Origin: an uncultured Verrucomicrobiae bacterium
GTDB taxonomy: Bacteria > Verrucomicrobiota > Verrucomicrobiia > Chthoniobacterales > Chthoniobacteraceae
Assembly (NCBI GenBank): GCA_963836755.1
Contig: CAWIKF010000002.1
Span: 1-64,000 of the forward strand
Direction: 5' to 3'
DNA length: 64,000 nucleotides
Numbering within the stretch: position 1 is the first letter of the stretch; the number at the start of each line of letters is the position of its first letter. The notes under the pieces were generated by a model that saw only the letters and a program-made list of their open reading frames with translations, did not search any database and was not told the DNA's origin. The position numbers and the translations under genes were made by a program. Below are positions 55,377-64,000 of this stretch, one piece after another.

Positions 55377-56894
55377 TTATGCCGGAACGGCTTCTTCTTC
55401 CTCGGGCGCGCTTTCGGCCTCAACGAAACGCGGCATCCACTGCACCATCGACGAGAGCGCGACGTAGGCGAAGCCGCCTTGGAACATCAGCAAAAACGGC
55501 AGCGAGAGCCATTGGCCGGTGAAAATCGCGTCCAATAAAATTCCCGTGAAATAGATTGCAAAGGCGAGTTCGATGAGCGGCACCGCGGATTTGATCGAGG
55601 CGTATTTCGTGGAGCGCCACGTCTGAGATTTGTTTTCGATGCCGTATTTTGGCGTGCGCGTAAAACCGGTGGAATGATTGAAAAGCGCCTCCAAAACGGC
55701 CTTCGCGTTATTGATCGCCAGGCCGACTCCGAGCCCGAGCAACAGCGGCAGCAGCAAAATTTCCTTCCACCAAGTCTTCGGATAAAGTTCGCGTTGCGCG
55801 CAGATGTAAAACACCGCGACCGACAGCGACGCGGCGCAAAAAATAGGGATGTCGAGCAACACCGTGCGCCAGATGCCGTCGCCAAGACCGCCCGTGGACG
55901 GATGCAAAAGGACACAGAGAAACACGAGAAGCAGATAGGCAAAGTTTGACGTCAGATGCGCCGTCGCCTCGATTTTGATTGGCAGTGAAAGTTTGCTGCG
56001 CCAGACCGCGGGAAGAATTTTTTTGCAAGTTTGGATCGAGCCTTTCGTCCACCGATGCTGCTGCGATTTGAAGCCGTTGATTTCGACAGGCAATTCAGCG
56101 GGCGTGACAAGGTCGGCAAGGAAAACGAAGCGCCAGCCCTTGAGCTGCGCGCGATAGCTGAGATCAAGGTCTTCCGTCAATGTGTCGTGTTGCCAGCCGC
56201 CCGACGAGGCGATGCACGAGCGGCGCCAAAGTCCGGCCGTTCCGTTGAAATTAAAAAAGCGTCCGCTACGGCTGCGCGCCGTCTGTTCGAGGAGCAGATG
56301 TCCGTCGAGAAACATCGCCTGCACGCGCGTGAGCAATGAATACGTGCGATTGATGTGCCCCCAACGCGACTGGATCATCCCGATCTGCGGATCGGTGAAA
56401 AAGTGAACCGTCTTTTGTAGAAGATCGGGCGACGGGACGAAATCCGCATCGAGGATCAAGACGTATTCGCCTTTGCACGTCTCGAGCCCGGCTTCGAGCG
56501 CACCGGCCTTGAAACCGTTCCGATCGACGCGATGGACGTGCTCGATATCAAAGCCCCGTGCCTCCATCTCGCTGACCAATCCCGCGCTGATCTCGCGCGT
56601 TTCATCCGTGGAATCGTCGAGGACTTGGATTTGTAAAAGTTCTCGCGGATAATCGAGCGCCGCGACAGATTTTAGCAACCGCTCGACGACGTAGAGTTCG
56701 TTGAAAATCGGCAACTGCACGGTCACGCGAGGCAGTTTCGCGAAAGTCCCCGCCGGCCGGGGGACGTTATTTTTATGCTTCAGGAAAAGATAAACGATGC
56801 AATATCGGTGCAGTCCATAAACCGAAAGGCCCACGAGCACAACGAGATAGCAAATTGTCCAAATTATGTGAGCGGGGCTTCCTTCCGTAGTCAT
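55377..56894 (-). CDS. Processive GT2, cellulose-synthase-like (CslA-like)
   Basis: DDSTD, KAGAL, DADF, TED and QQHRW motifs; C-terminal TM helices. Confidence 0.9.
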   Translation of the reverse strand: MTTEGSPAHIIWTICYLVVLVGLSVYGLHRYCIVYLFLKHKNNVPRPAGTFAKLPRVTVQLPIFNELYVVERLLKSVAALDYPRELLQIQVLDDSTDETREISAGLVSEMEARGFDIEHVHRVDRNGFKAGALEAGLETCKGEYVLILDADFVPSPDLLQKTVHFFTDPQIGMIQSRWGHINRTYSLLTRVQAMFLDGHLLLEQTARSRSGRFFNFNGTAGLWRRSCIASSGGWQHDTLTEDLDLSYRAQLKGWRFVFLADLVTPAELPVEINGFKSQQHRWTKGSIQTCKKILPAVWRSKLSLPIKIEATAHLTSNFAYLLLVFLCVLLHPSTGGLGDGIWRTVLLDIPIFCAASLSVAVFYICAQRELYPKTWWKEILLLPLLLGLGVGLAINNAKAVLEALFNHSTGFTRTPKYGIENKSQTWRSTKYASIKSAVPLIELAFAIYFTGILLDAIFTGQWLSLPFLLMFQGGFAYVALSSMVQWMPRFVEAESAPEEEEAVPA

Positions 56895-57084
56895 TTTAAA
56901 TCAATTACCGGCACCTTCGTGTCCGATTTGCGCGGCATAATGCCCCGTTTCCGGGTTCGGTCAAGTGCTATCTCGACCTTCGAACCGGCGGCGTTCATCC
57001 CCGCCGATACGCATCTGCGACCCAAACAAGCCGCAAATACAAACCCGCAAGCGCAGTTCGACACGCCCCCTGCGATTTAACGTT

Positions 57085-59526
57085 GTGCATCACCCTTTGC
57101 TGAAACGGCGCTTCAAACCGCTCGACATATCGATCGCCGTTTTCCTCGCCGGCTGCGTGCCATCGATTTTGATGGCGCTCGTCTCGTATTCCATTCTCTC
57201 GGGCACGCTCGATAACAAAATCGTTTTCGACCGCCACACGCTCGCCGAGTCGCTCGCGAGCTTGATCGATTCCGACATCCGGCGCACGGCGGACGTGGTT
57301 GAGTATTACCAAAATCTTCCGCTCACGCAGAATATGGTGCTGCGGCCTTATGGTGACGCAGCCGTGCAGGACTGGCTCGTCGACGCGTTCTACGCGCACC
57401 CGCAGATCGATGGGATGTTCGTCACCGATGCGGCGGGAAAATTGATCGCATCCATCCCGGCGACGCTCGATTCGCCCGGCCGGGATTTTTCCTCGAAAAG
57501 CTGGCTCGCGCAGGCTGCGAAAAAAGATGGCGCTTTTATTTCCGGCCTCGAGCGACGCGTGCCCGACGGCCGGCCGGCGACGATCATCGCCGCGGCCATC
57601 CGGAAGCGCAGCGGCGAGATCATCGGCTTCGTCGGCGCCAACGTTCTCGTGGAGCGGCTCGGCAAGCGACTCTCGGCGCTCGATTACGGCGAGCAATCGC
57701 GCCCGCAAGTCATCGATCAATCCGGTGTTCCATTTTTTGGCGCGGATTTTCGCGCCAATGACGGCTCTAGAAAAGCGGATGCCGATCTGCTGACCGCGCT
57801 CAGCAAATGCCCCGCCCACCATTTAATGCACGGCGACGATTTCATCACCTTCGCCAAGCTTGACACGATCGGATGGACCGCGACTCTCACGCAGCCGGCC
57901 GCCGTTGCCTACAAACCGGAGCACGATTTGATCGCGAAAGCGACGGTCATCGAGGCATGGTTCATCATCGGCTCCATCGCCGCGGCGTGGATCGTGAGCC
58001 GGCTCTACACGCAGCAATTTGAGGCGAACGAGCGCGTCGCGCGCGAGACGTTTTTCAACGAAAAAATCCTCGCGAACATGCCGGTCGGCATTGCCCTGAT
58101 CGATCCGACCTCGCAGAAAATTTTGCAAGCAAATCAAAGTTTCGTCGAAATGGCGCAAACGTTTGGCGGCGTCGGCGCCGCGCGTGAAATCACCGACCTC
58201 ACTTTTCCAGATATCAAACTGGGCGCGGAAACGATGCTGCCGAACGTCGTCGAAACCGGCGCGCCATTTCTCGCGCGCGAGCAAAGAGTGGCCGGCTCGG
58301 ATGGCCGCGAACATTTTCTGACGATCAACTTGCTGCGGCTCCAGGACGCCGAGCTGCACACGCACGGCATTTTGTTTTTGATCGAGGACAACACGACCGA
58401 CATCACCATTCGCAAGGAACTGATCGCCGCGAACACGGCGAAGGATCAATTCCTCGCGCTGCTTTCGCACGAGCTGCGCAACCCGCTCTCGCCCGTGATC
58501 ACGATGGTGCACGAGCTGGAAAAAATTTCCGAAGGCGACGAGCGCATCAGCAATTCGCTCGAAGTCATCCGCCGCAACGTAGAGCTCGAGGCGCGGCTCA
58601 TCGACGACCTGCTCGACATCACGCGCATCGCGCACGGCAAGCTCCAGCTCACGCCCGAAGTCGTCAACGCGCACCGCTCAGTCCATCGCGCGCTCGAGAT
58701 TTGCCAGCACGACATCGAGCTGAAAAAACTCGAGACCGAAGTGCGGCTCGAAGCGCGCGAGCATTTCGTCAAAGCCGATCCGGCGCGGTTTCAGCAGGCG
58801 CTTTGGAACCTCATCAAGAATGCCGTCAAATTTACCGAGCACGGCAAAATCACGATCACCTCGCGCAACACCGCGGACCGCCGTCTCGTCATCGAAGTGC
58901 GCGACACTGGCATCGGAATCGAGCCGGAAAGATTGCGAAAAATTTTCAACGCATTCGAGCAGGGCGAAAGCTCCATCACGCGGAGATTCGGCGGCCTCGG
59001 TCTCGGCCTGGCGATTTCGAAGGCGATGATCGAGGCGCACGGCGGCAAACTCACAGCTTCGAGCGCCGGTGCCGGACTCGGCTCCACTTTTTGCATCGAG
59101 GTCGGCACCGTCGACGGCGCGAGCACTCCCGACACGGTCAATAAAACGCCGACGCTCGCCGGCAACACTTTGCAGCACAAAATTTTACTGGTGGACGACC
59201 ACGAGGACACCTGCCTCGGCATGAAGCTGCTGCTCGAGCGGCGAGGCTATCGCGTGCAAATCGCACACACGATCGGCAAGGCGCTCGAGCTCGCCGAACG
59301 CGAAAAATTTGAGCTGCTCATCAGCGACCTCGGCCTGCCCGACGGCACCGGTTTCGATTTGATGGAGAAGCTGCGCGGGCAAGGTTTGCGCGGCATCGCG
59401 CTGAGCGGCTTCGGGATGGAAAGCGACATCGAGCGCTCGCGCGAAGCCGGTTTTTCCGAGCACATGATCAAGCCGATCAATCTCGAGCGGCTCGATTCGA
59501 TTTTGAAAAAAGTCTTCAGCGAATGA
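57085..59526 (+). CDS. Hybrid sensor histidine kinase (Cache-PAS-HisKA-HATPase-REC)
   Basis: LSHELRNPL, NAVKFT, DTGIG and GGLGLGL motifs; receiver VDDH...SDLGLPD...KP. Start uncertain (frame open from 56965). Confidence 0.9.
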   Translation: MHHPLLKRRFKPLDISIAVFLAGCVPSILMALVSYSILSGTLDNKIVFDRHTLAESLASLIDSDIRRTADVVEYYQNLPLTQNMVLRPYGDAAVQDWLVDAFYAHPQIDGMFVTDAAGKLIASIPATLDSPGRDFSSKSWLAQAAKKDGAFISGLERRVPDGRPATIIAAAIRKRSGEIIGFVGANVLVERLGKRLSALDYGEQSRPQVIDQSGVPFFGADFRANDGSRKADADLLTALSKCPAHHLMHGDDFITFAKLDTIGWTATLTQPAAVAYKPEHDLIAKATVIEAWFIIGSIAAAWIVSRLYTQQFEANERVARETFFNEKILANMPVGIALIDPTSQKILQANQSFVEMAQTFGGVGAAREITDLTFPDIKLGAETMLPNVVETGAPFLAREQRVAGSDGREHFLTINLLRLQDAELHTHGILFLIEDNTTDITIRKELIAANTAKDQFLALLSHELRNPLSPVITMVHELEKISEGDERISNSLEVIRRNVELEARLIDDLLDITRIAHGKLQLTPEVVNAHRSVHRALEICQHDIELKKLETEVRLEAREHFVKADPARFQQALWNLIKNAVKFTEHGKITITSRNTADRRLVIEVRDTGIGIEPERLRKIFNAFEQGESSITRRFGGLGLGLAISKAMIEAHGGKLTASSAGAGLGSTFCIEVGTVDGASTPDTVNKTPTLAGNTLQHKILLVDDHEDTCLGMKLLLERRGYRVQIAHTIGKALELAEREKFELLISDLGLPDGTGFDLMEKLRGQGLRGIALSGFGMESDIERSREAGFSEHMIKPINLERLDSILKKVFSE

Positions 59527-60539
59527 CCGCGCGCCTGAAGTGGGGCTTGCTCGGCACCGGCGCGATCGCGCGAAAGTTTGCGCAAGGTTTGCATCAAAGT
59601 CGCACTGGCGAACTCGCGGCAATCGGCAGCCGCACGCGCGAATCCGCGGAAAAGTTTGCTGCCGATTTTCCGGCTACGGCGCATGGAAGTTACGAAGCGC
59701 TGCTGGCCGATCCGCAGGTGGACATTGTTTACATTTCGACGCCGCATCCGCTGCACGCTCAATGGGCGATCGCGGCCGCGAGGGCCGGCAAACACATGCT
59801 TTGCGAGAAACCGCTGACGATGAATCACGCGGAAGCCGTGGCCGTGATTGATGCCGCGCGAGCGCATGATGTCTTCTTGATGGAGGCGTTTATGTATCGA
59901 TGTCATCCGCAAACCGCGCGGCTGGTGAAGCTGATTCGCGACGGCGCAATTGGCCGTCCGCGGCTTGTGCAGGCTCATTTCTCTTTTCGTGCGAACTTTA
60001 ATTCGCAGAGTCGCTTGTTTAACAAAACGTTGGGCGGCGGCGGCATTCTCGATGTCGGCTGCTACACCACTTCGATGGCGCGGTTGATCGCCGGTGCAAT
60101 GGACGGAGCGCCTTTTGCAGAGCCGATCGAGCTGAAAGGGGTCGGCGAGATCGGCCGCGAAAGTGGCGTTGATGAATTCGCGATCGCAACTCTGAAATTT
60201 CACAACGGCCTGCTCGCGCAGCTCGCCGCGGGGGTGCGCGTGAAACTGGAAAATGGCGTGCGCATTTTTGGCGACGACGGCGAAATTTTTGTCCCGTCGC
60301 CGTGGATGGCGAATGGGCCGGAGGCGGGTGAGACGAAAATCGTCGCGCGAAAAAATGGCGCAGATGCTGAGGAAATTTTGATCCGCACGGATGCCGGAAT
60401 TTACGCAGTCGAGGCCGATCATGTGGCCGCGCACCTCGATTCACGCGAGACGCTGGCGATGTCATGGGAGGATTCCTTAGGAAACATGCGGACGCTCGAT
60501 CGATGGCTCACTGAAGTCGGCGTCGTTTACAACGCTTGA
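59523..60539 (+). CDS. Gfo/Idh/MocA family oxidoreductase
   Basis: [14 protein letters not shown] and [10 protein letters not shown] motifs. Confidence 0.9.
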   Translation: MTARLKWGLLGTGAIARKFAQGLHQSRTGELAAIGSRTRESAEKFAADFPATAHGSYEALLADPQVDIVYISTPHPLHAQWAIAAARAGKHMLCEKPLTMNHAEAVAVIDAARAHDVFLMEAFMYRCHPQTARLVKLIRDGAIGRPRLVQAHFSFRANFNSQSRLFNKTLGGGGILDVGCYTTSMARLIAGAMDGAPFAEPIELKGVGEIGRESGVDEFAIATLKFHNGLLAQLAAGVRVKLENGVRIFGDDGEIFVPSPWMANGPEAGETKIVARKNGADAEEILIRTDAGIYAVEADHVAAHLDSRETLAMSWEDSLGNMRTLDRWLTEVGVVYNA

Positions 60540-60615
60540 AAAGCTCGGCGCGGATTCAGGCACGCACTTCCGCAGTGCCGCACGAAGAAGTGCCGGAAAC
60601 TCAAAAAAACAAAAG

Positions 60616-62883
60616 ATGAACCCAATCAAAGTCTGGCTCGGCCACCCGTATCCTCTCGGCGCAACTTGGAAAAAGAACGGCGTGAACTTCGCGCTTTTTT
60701 CCGAAAATGCGACAGGCGTGGACCTTTGCCTTTTTGACGATGCCGATGCGCCGACGGAGCAAATTCGCATCCGGATGACGGAGCAATCCGATCAGGTCTG
60801 GCATGTTTTTTTACCCGATATCAAACCCGGCCAGCTTTACGGTTACCGCGTTTATGGGCCGTATGATCCGGAGAAAGGTCACCGCTTCAACGCGTCGAAG
60901 CTCGTAATCGATCCTTACGCAAAGGCGATTGCGGGTGGGATCAACTGGAGCGACGAAATGTTTGGCTACACGCTCGGCGACGAGAAGGAAGATTTCACGC
61001 GCGACTATCGCGATGACGCGTGGGGCATCCCGAAATCGGTCGTGGTCGATTCGGCGTTTGACTGGGAAGACGATGCGCCGCCCGGCACGCCGCTCTCGGA
61101 CTCGGTCATTTACGAAGTCCACGTGAAAGGTTTTTCGCAGTTGTGCCCGGAAGTTCCGGAGAAAATTCGCGGCACGTATGAAGCGCTCGGCAGCACTTTT
61201 GCGATCGACTATTTCAAAAAGCTGGGCATCACGGCGGTCGAGCTTTTGCCGGTGCATCAGTTCGTGAACGACAAGACGCTCATCGATAAAGGGCTCAGCA
61301 ATTACTGGGGCTACAACACGATCGGCTACTTCGCGCCGGACTGCCGATATAGCGCGAGCGGCCGCGACGGCGAGCAGGTGAAGGAATTCCAGCGGATGGT
61401 GAAAAATCTGCACGCAGCGGGCATCGAGGTCATCCTCGACGTCGTCTACAATCACACCGCGGAGGGCAATCACCTCGGGCCGACGCTTTGTTTCAAAGGC
61501 ATCGATAATTACAATTATTACCGGCTCGTGCCCGACAATCTGCGCTACTACATGGATTACACCGGCACCGGCAACACGTTAAACGTGATGCAGCCGCGTG
61601 TTTTACAATTGATCATGGACTCGCTGCGCTACTGGGTCACGGAAATGCACGTAGACGGCTTCCGCTTCGACCTCGCGGCGACACTCGCGCGCGAGCTGCA
61701 CAGCGTCAGCAAGCTGAGCGCATTTTTCGACATCATTCACCAGGACCCGATTTTGTCGCAGGTGAAACTCATCGCGGAGCCGTGGGACGTGGGTGAAGGC
61801 GGCTATCAGGTCGGGAATTTTCCGGTCCTTTGGGCCGAGTGGAATGGAAAATATCGCGATGCGGTGCGCGGCTATTGGAAAGGCGACGAAGGCCACATCG
61901 GCGACATGGGCTACCGGCTCACCGGCTCACCAGATTTGTATCAGTGGAATGGCAAACGCCCGCAGGCCAGCATCAATTTCATCGTCGCGCACGATGGCTA
62001 CACGCTCGCGGATTTAGTCAGCTACAACGACAAGCACAACGAAGCGAACGGCGAGGGAAACAACGACGGCGACAACAACAACAAATCATGGAATTGCGGC
62101 GATGAGGGCCCGACCAAAGATGAGGAAATCAATGCATTGCGCCGTCGCCAGCAGCGCAATTTTCTCTGCACGCTTTTCTTGTCGCAGGGCGTGCCGATGC
62201 TTTGCGGCGGCGACGAATGCGGCCGCACCCAGCTCGGCAACAACAATGCGTATTGTCAGGACAACGAAATTTCGTGGACACATTGGGACTGGGACGAGCA
62301 TGCGAAACGGCTCAACGATTTCACCGGGAAATTGATTCACCTGCGGCGCAATCACCCGATTTTTCGCCGGCCAAAGTTTTTCCAAGGCCGCAAAATCCGC
62401 GGCTCGGACGTGAAGGACATCATGTGGTTCAATCCCGGCGGAACGGAAATGACCGACGAGGAATGGAACACGAGCTACGTCCGGACGCTCGGCCTGATGC
62501 TCAGCGGCGACACGATCGACGTGCGCGATTTCCACGGCGAGCCAATCCGCGACGACACGTTTTTGATGCTGCTGAATGCGCACCACGAAACGTTAAAGTT
62601 TGTTTTGCCTGGGCAGGAGGATGTCCGGTGGGAGTTGATCCTCGACACGCGGATCGAGGAAGGTTTTCTTGAGACCTCGAAGATCTTTTCGGCAGGTGAT
62701 GAATTCGAAATCGACGCACGATCTTTTTGCCTGCTGCGCCTCAGCGTCGGCGATCAATCGCATGCCCGCAGCGATTCGTGGAAGCGCCGCCAGGAGAAGC
62801 TCGCGACTGCCGAAAGAACTTCGGCGGCCGAACAAAAGGCTGAGGCGAAAAAATCGCAAAAGAGCTCGCAAAGCAAGCAGTGA
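60616..62883 (+). CDS. glgX: Glycogen debranching enzyme (isoamylase, GH13)
   Basis: [31 protein letters not shown] and AHDG motifs. Confidence 0.95.
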   Translation: MNPIKVWLGHPYPLGATWKKNGVNFALFSENATGVDLCLFDDADAPTEQIRIRMTEQSDQVWHVFLPDIKPGQLYGYRVYGPYDPEKGHRFNASKLVIDPYAKAIAGGINWSDEMFGYTLGDEKEDFTRDYRDDAWGIPKSVVVDSAFDWEDDAPPGTPLSDSVIYEVHVKGFSQLCPEVPEKIRGTYEALGSTFAIDYFKKLGITAVELLPVHQFVNDKTLIDKGLSNYWGYNTIGYFAPDCRYSASGRDGEQVKEFQRMVKNLHAAGIEVILDVVYNHTAEGNHLGPTLCFKGIDNYNYYRLVPDNLRYYMDYTGTGNTLNVMQPRVLQLIMDSLRYWVTEMHVDGFRFDLAATLARELHSVSKLSAFFDIIHQDPILSQVKLIAEPWDVGEGGYQVGNFPVLWAEWNGKYRDAVRGYWKGDEGHIGDMGYRLTGSPDLYQWNGKRPQASINFIVAHDGYTLADLVSYNDKHNEANGEGNNDGDNNNKSWNCGDEGPTKDEEINALRRRQQRNFLCTLFLSQGVPMLCGGDECGRTQLGNNNAYCQDNEISWTHWDWDEHAKRLNDFTGKLIHLRRNHPIFRRPKFFQGRKIRGSDVKDIMWFNPGGTEMTDEEWNTSYVRTLGLMLSGDTIDVRDFHGEPIRDDTFLMLLNAHHETLKFVLPGQEDVRWELILDTRIEEGFLETSKIFSAGDEFEIDARSFCLLRLSVGDQSHARSDSWKRRQEKLATAERTSAAEQKAEAKKSQKSSQSKQ

Positions 62884-62920
62884 CGGGCATCTCCGGCCAG
62901 CCCCGCTTCAAACATCGCGC

Positions 62921-64000
62921 ATGAACTTTGATCTGCTTCCGCAAGGTGCCGACCTCGTCGAGCACGGCGTGCGTTATCGCGTTTGGGCGCCGCGAGATTC
63001 GAAAGTTGAGGTGGAAATTTCCCCGCGCAGCGGCGGTGAAAAACGGGTGCTGCCGTTGGCGATCGACGCGACCGGTTACTATCACGCGATCGACGATCGT
63101 GGCCGTGCGGGTGATTGTTACAAGTTCAAATTCGGCGATCAAAGTCTGCCCGACCCCGCGTCGCGGTGGCAGCCGGAGGGCGTGCACGGACCATCGCAAG
63201 TGATCGATCCGCGCGGCTACGGATGGCGTGATGCGGGCTGGCGGAAAGCTGCGTTCCGCGATCTCGTGATTTACGAATTACACGTCGGCACGTTTACGCC
63301 GGACGGCACTTTTTTGGCGGCGATTGAAAAGCTGCCGCACATCCGCGAGCTCGGCGCGACCGCGATCGAGCTGATGCCAATTGCGGACTTTGCCGGCGAG
63401 CGCAACTGGGGTTACGACGGCGTCTGTCTTTATGCGCCGAGCCGCGCGTATGGGCATCCGGACGACTTGCGAGCGCTTGTAGACGCCGCGCACGAGCAGG
63501 GGCTGACGGTGATCCTCGACGTTGTTTACAATCATCTCGGGCCCGATGGAAATTACCTCGGAAGCTATGCGCCGGGCTACATCGACGAGGCGCGCAAGAC
63601 ACCGTGGGGCGGCGCGCTCCGCTTTGACGATCCCGCATTTCGCCCGCTGCGCGCGCTGTTCGTCGCGAACGCGCCGTATTGGATGGAAGAATTTCACATC
63701 GATGGTTTCCGACTCGATGCGACGCACGCGATCATCGACGAATCGCCGCAGCACATTTTGCAGGAAATCACGTCCGCGATTCACGATCACGGCGGCTTCG
63801 CGATCGCTGAAGATTCTCGCAATGAAACGCGCGTGATTCTGCCGGTGACCGACAACGGACTCGGTTTCGATGGCGTCTGGGCCGACGATTTTCATCACAC
63901 GACGCGCGTCGCGCAGACGCATGAAAACGAATCGTATCTCGGCGATTTTGCGGGCACGCTGACGGAACTCGTCGAGACGCTGCGCCATGGCTGGTTTTAT
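62921..64000 (+). CDS. treZ: Malto-oligosyltrehalose trehalohydrolase, truncated by the window end
   Basis: MNFDLLPQGA...RVWAP, PDPASRWQPEGVHG, YELHVGTF, RNWGYDG and DGFRLDATH motifs. Confidence 0.9.
   Translation, partial: MNFDLLPQGADLVEHGVRYRVWAPRDSKVEVEISPRSGGEKRVLPLAIDATGYYHAIDDRGRAGDCYKFKFGDQSLPDPASRWQPEGVHGPSQVIDPRGYGWRDAGWRKAAFRDLVIYELHVGTFTPDGTFLAAIEKLPHIRELGATAIELMPIADFAGERNWGYDGVCLYAPSRAYGHPDDLRALVDAAHEQGLTVILDVVYNHLGPDGNYLGSYAPGYIDEARKTPWGGALRFDDPAFRPLRALFVANAPYWMEEFHIDGFRLDATHAIIDESPQHILQEITSAIHDHGGFAIAEDSRNETRVILPVTDNGLGFDGVWADDFHHTTRVAQTHENESYLGDFAGTLTELVETLRHGWFY

Overview
High-GC bacterial chromosome segment. Gene content and style suggest Verrucomicrobia, possibly Chthoniobacterales-like (inference). 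From left to right: (1) the edge of an island, with a heavily frameshifted tyrosine integrase at the 3' end of tRNA-Glu; (2) waaA and rsmD; (3) a PVC-type MoxR/DUF58/vWA/prenyltransferase-repeat operon with an extra secreted beta-propeller gene; (4) an MBL hydrolase and speA; (5) a 2.6 kb integrase-less cargo (SGNH hydrolase and GH125) bounded by tRNA-Gln and a degenerate copy of its 3' end; (6) a ClC channel followed by an aryl-polyene-like tailoring/export module (flavin halogenase-like, lipoprotein, MMPL, acyltransferase, LolA-like) with no ketosynthase; (7) a CarH/LitR B12 photoreceptor divergent from a CrtM-less C30 carotenoid operon in which two genes carry single-base frameshifts; (8) tRNA-Tyr and housekeeping genes; (9) a type IV pilin flanked by a TMTC-like GT-C/TPR protein, two more GT-C-like membrane proteins and a GT2-methyltransferase fusion, a candidate pilin/protein O-glycosylation system; (10) class II ribonucleotide reductase nrdJ with an in-frame 9x21-bp repeat insertion and an upstream NrdR box; (11) an L,D-transpeptidase, a GT2, a hybrid histidine kinase, an oxidoreductase, glgX and partial treZ. 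No CRISPR array or rRNA was seen. All calls come from motif recognition; no database searches were run.
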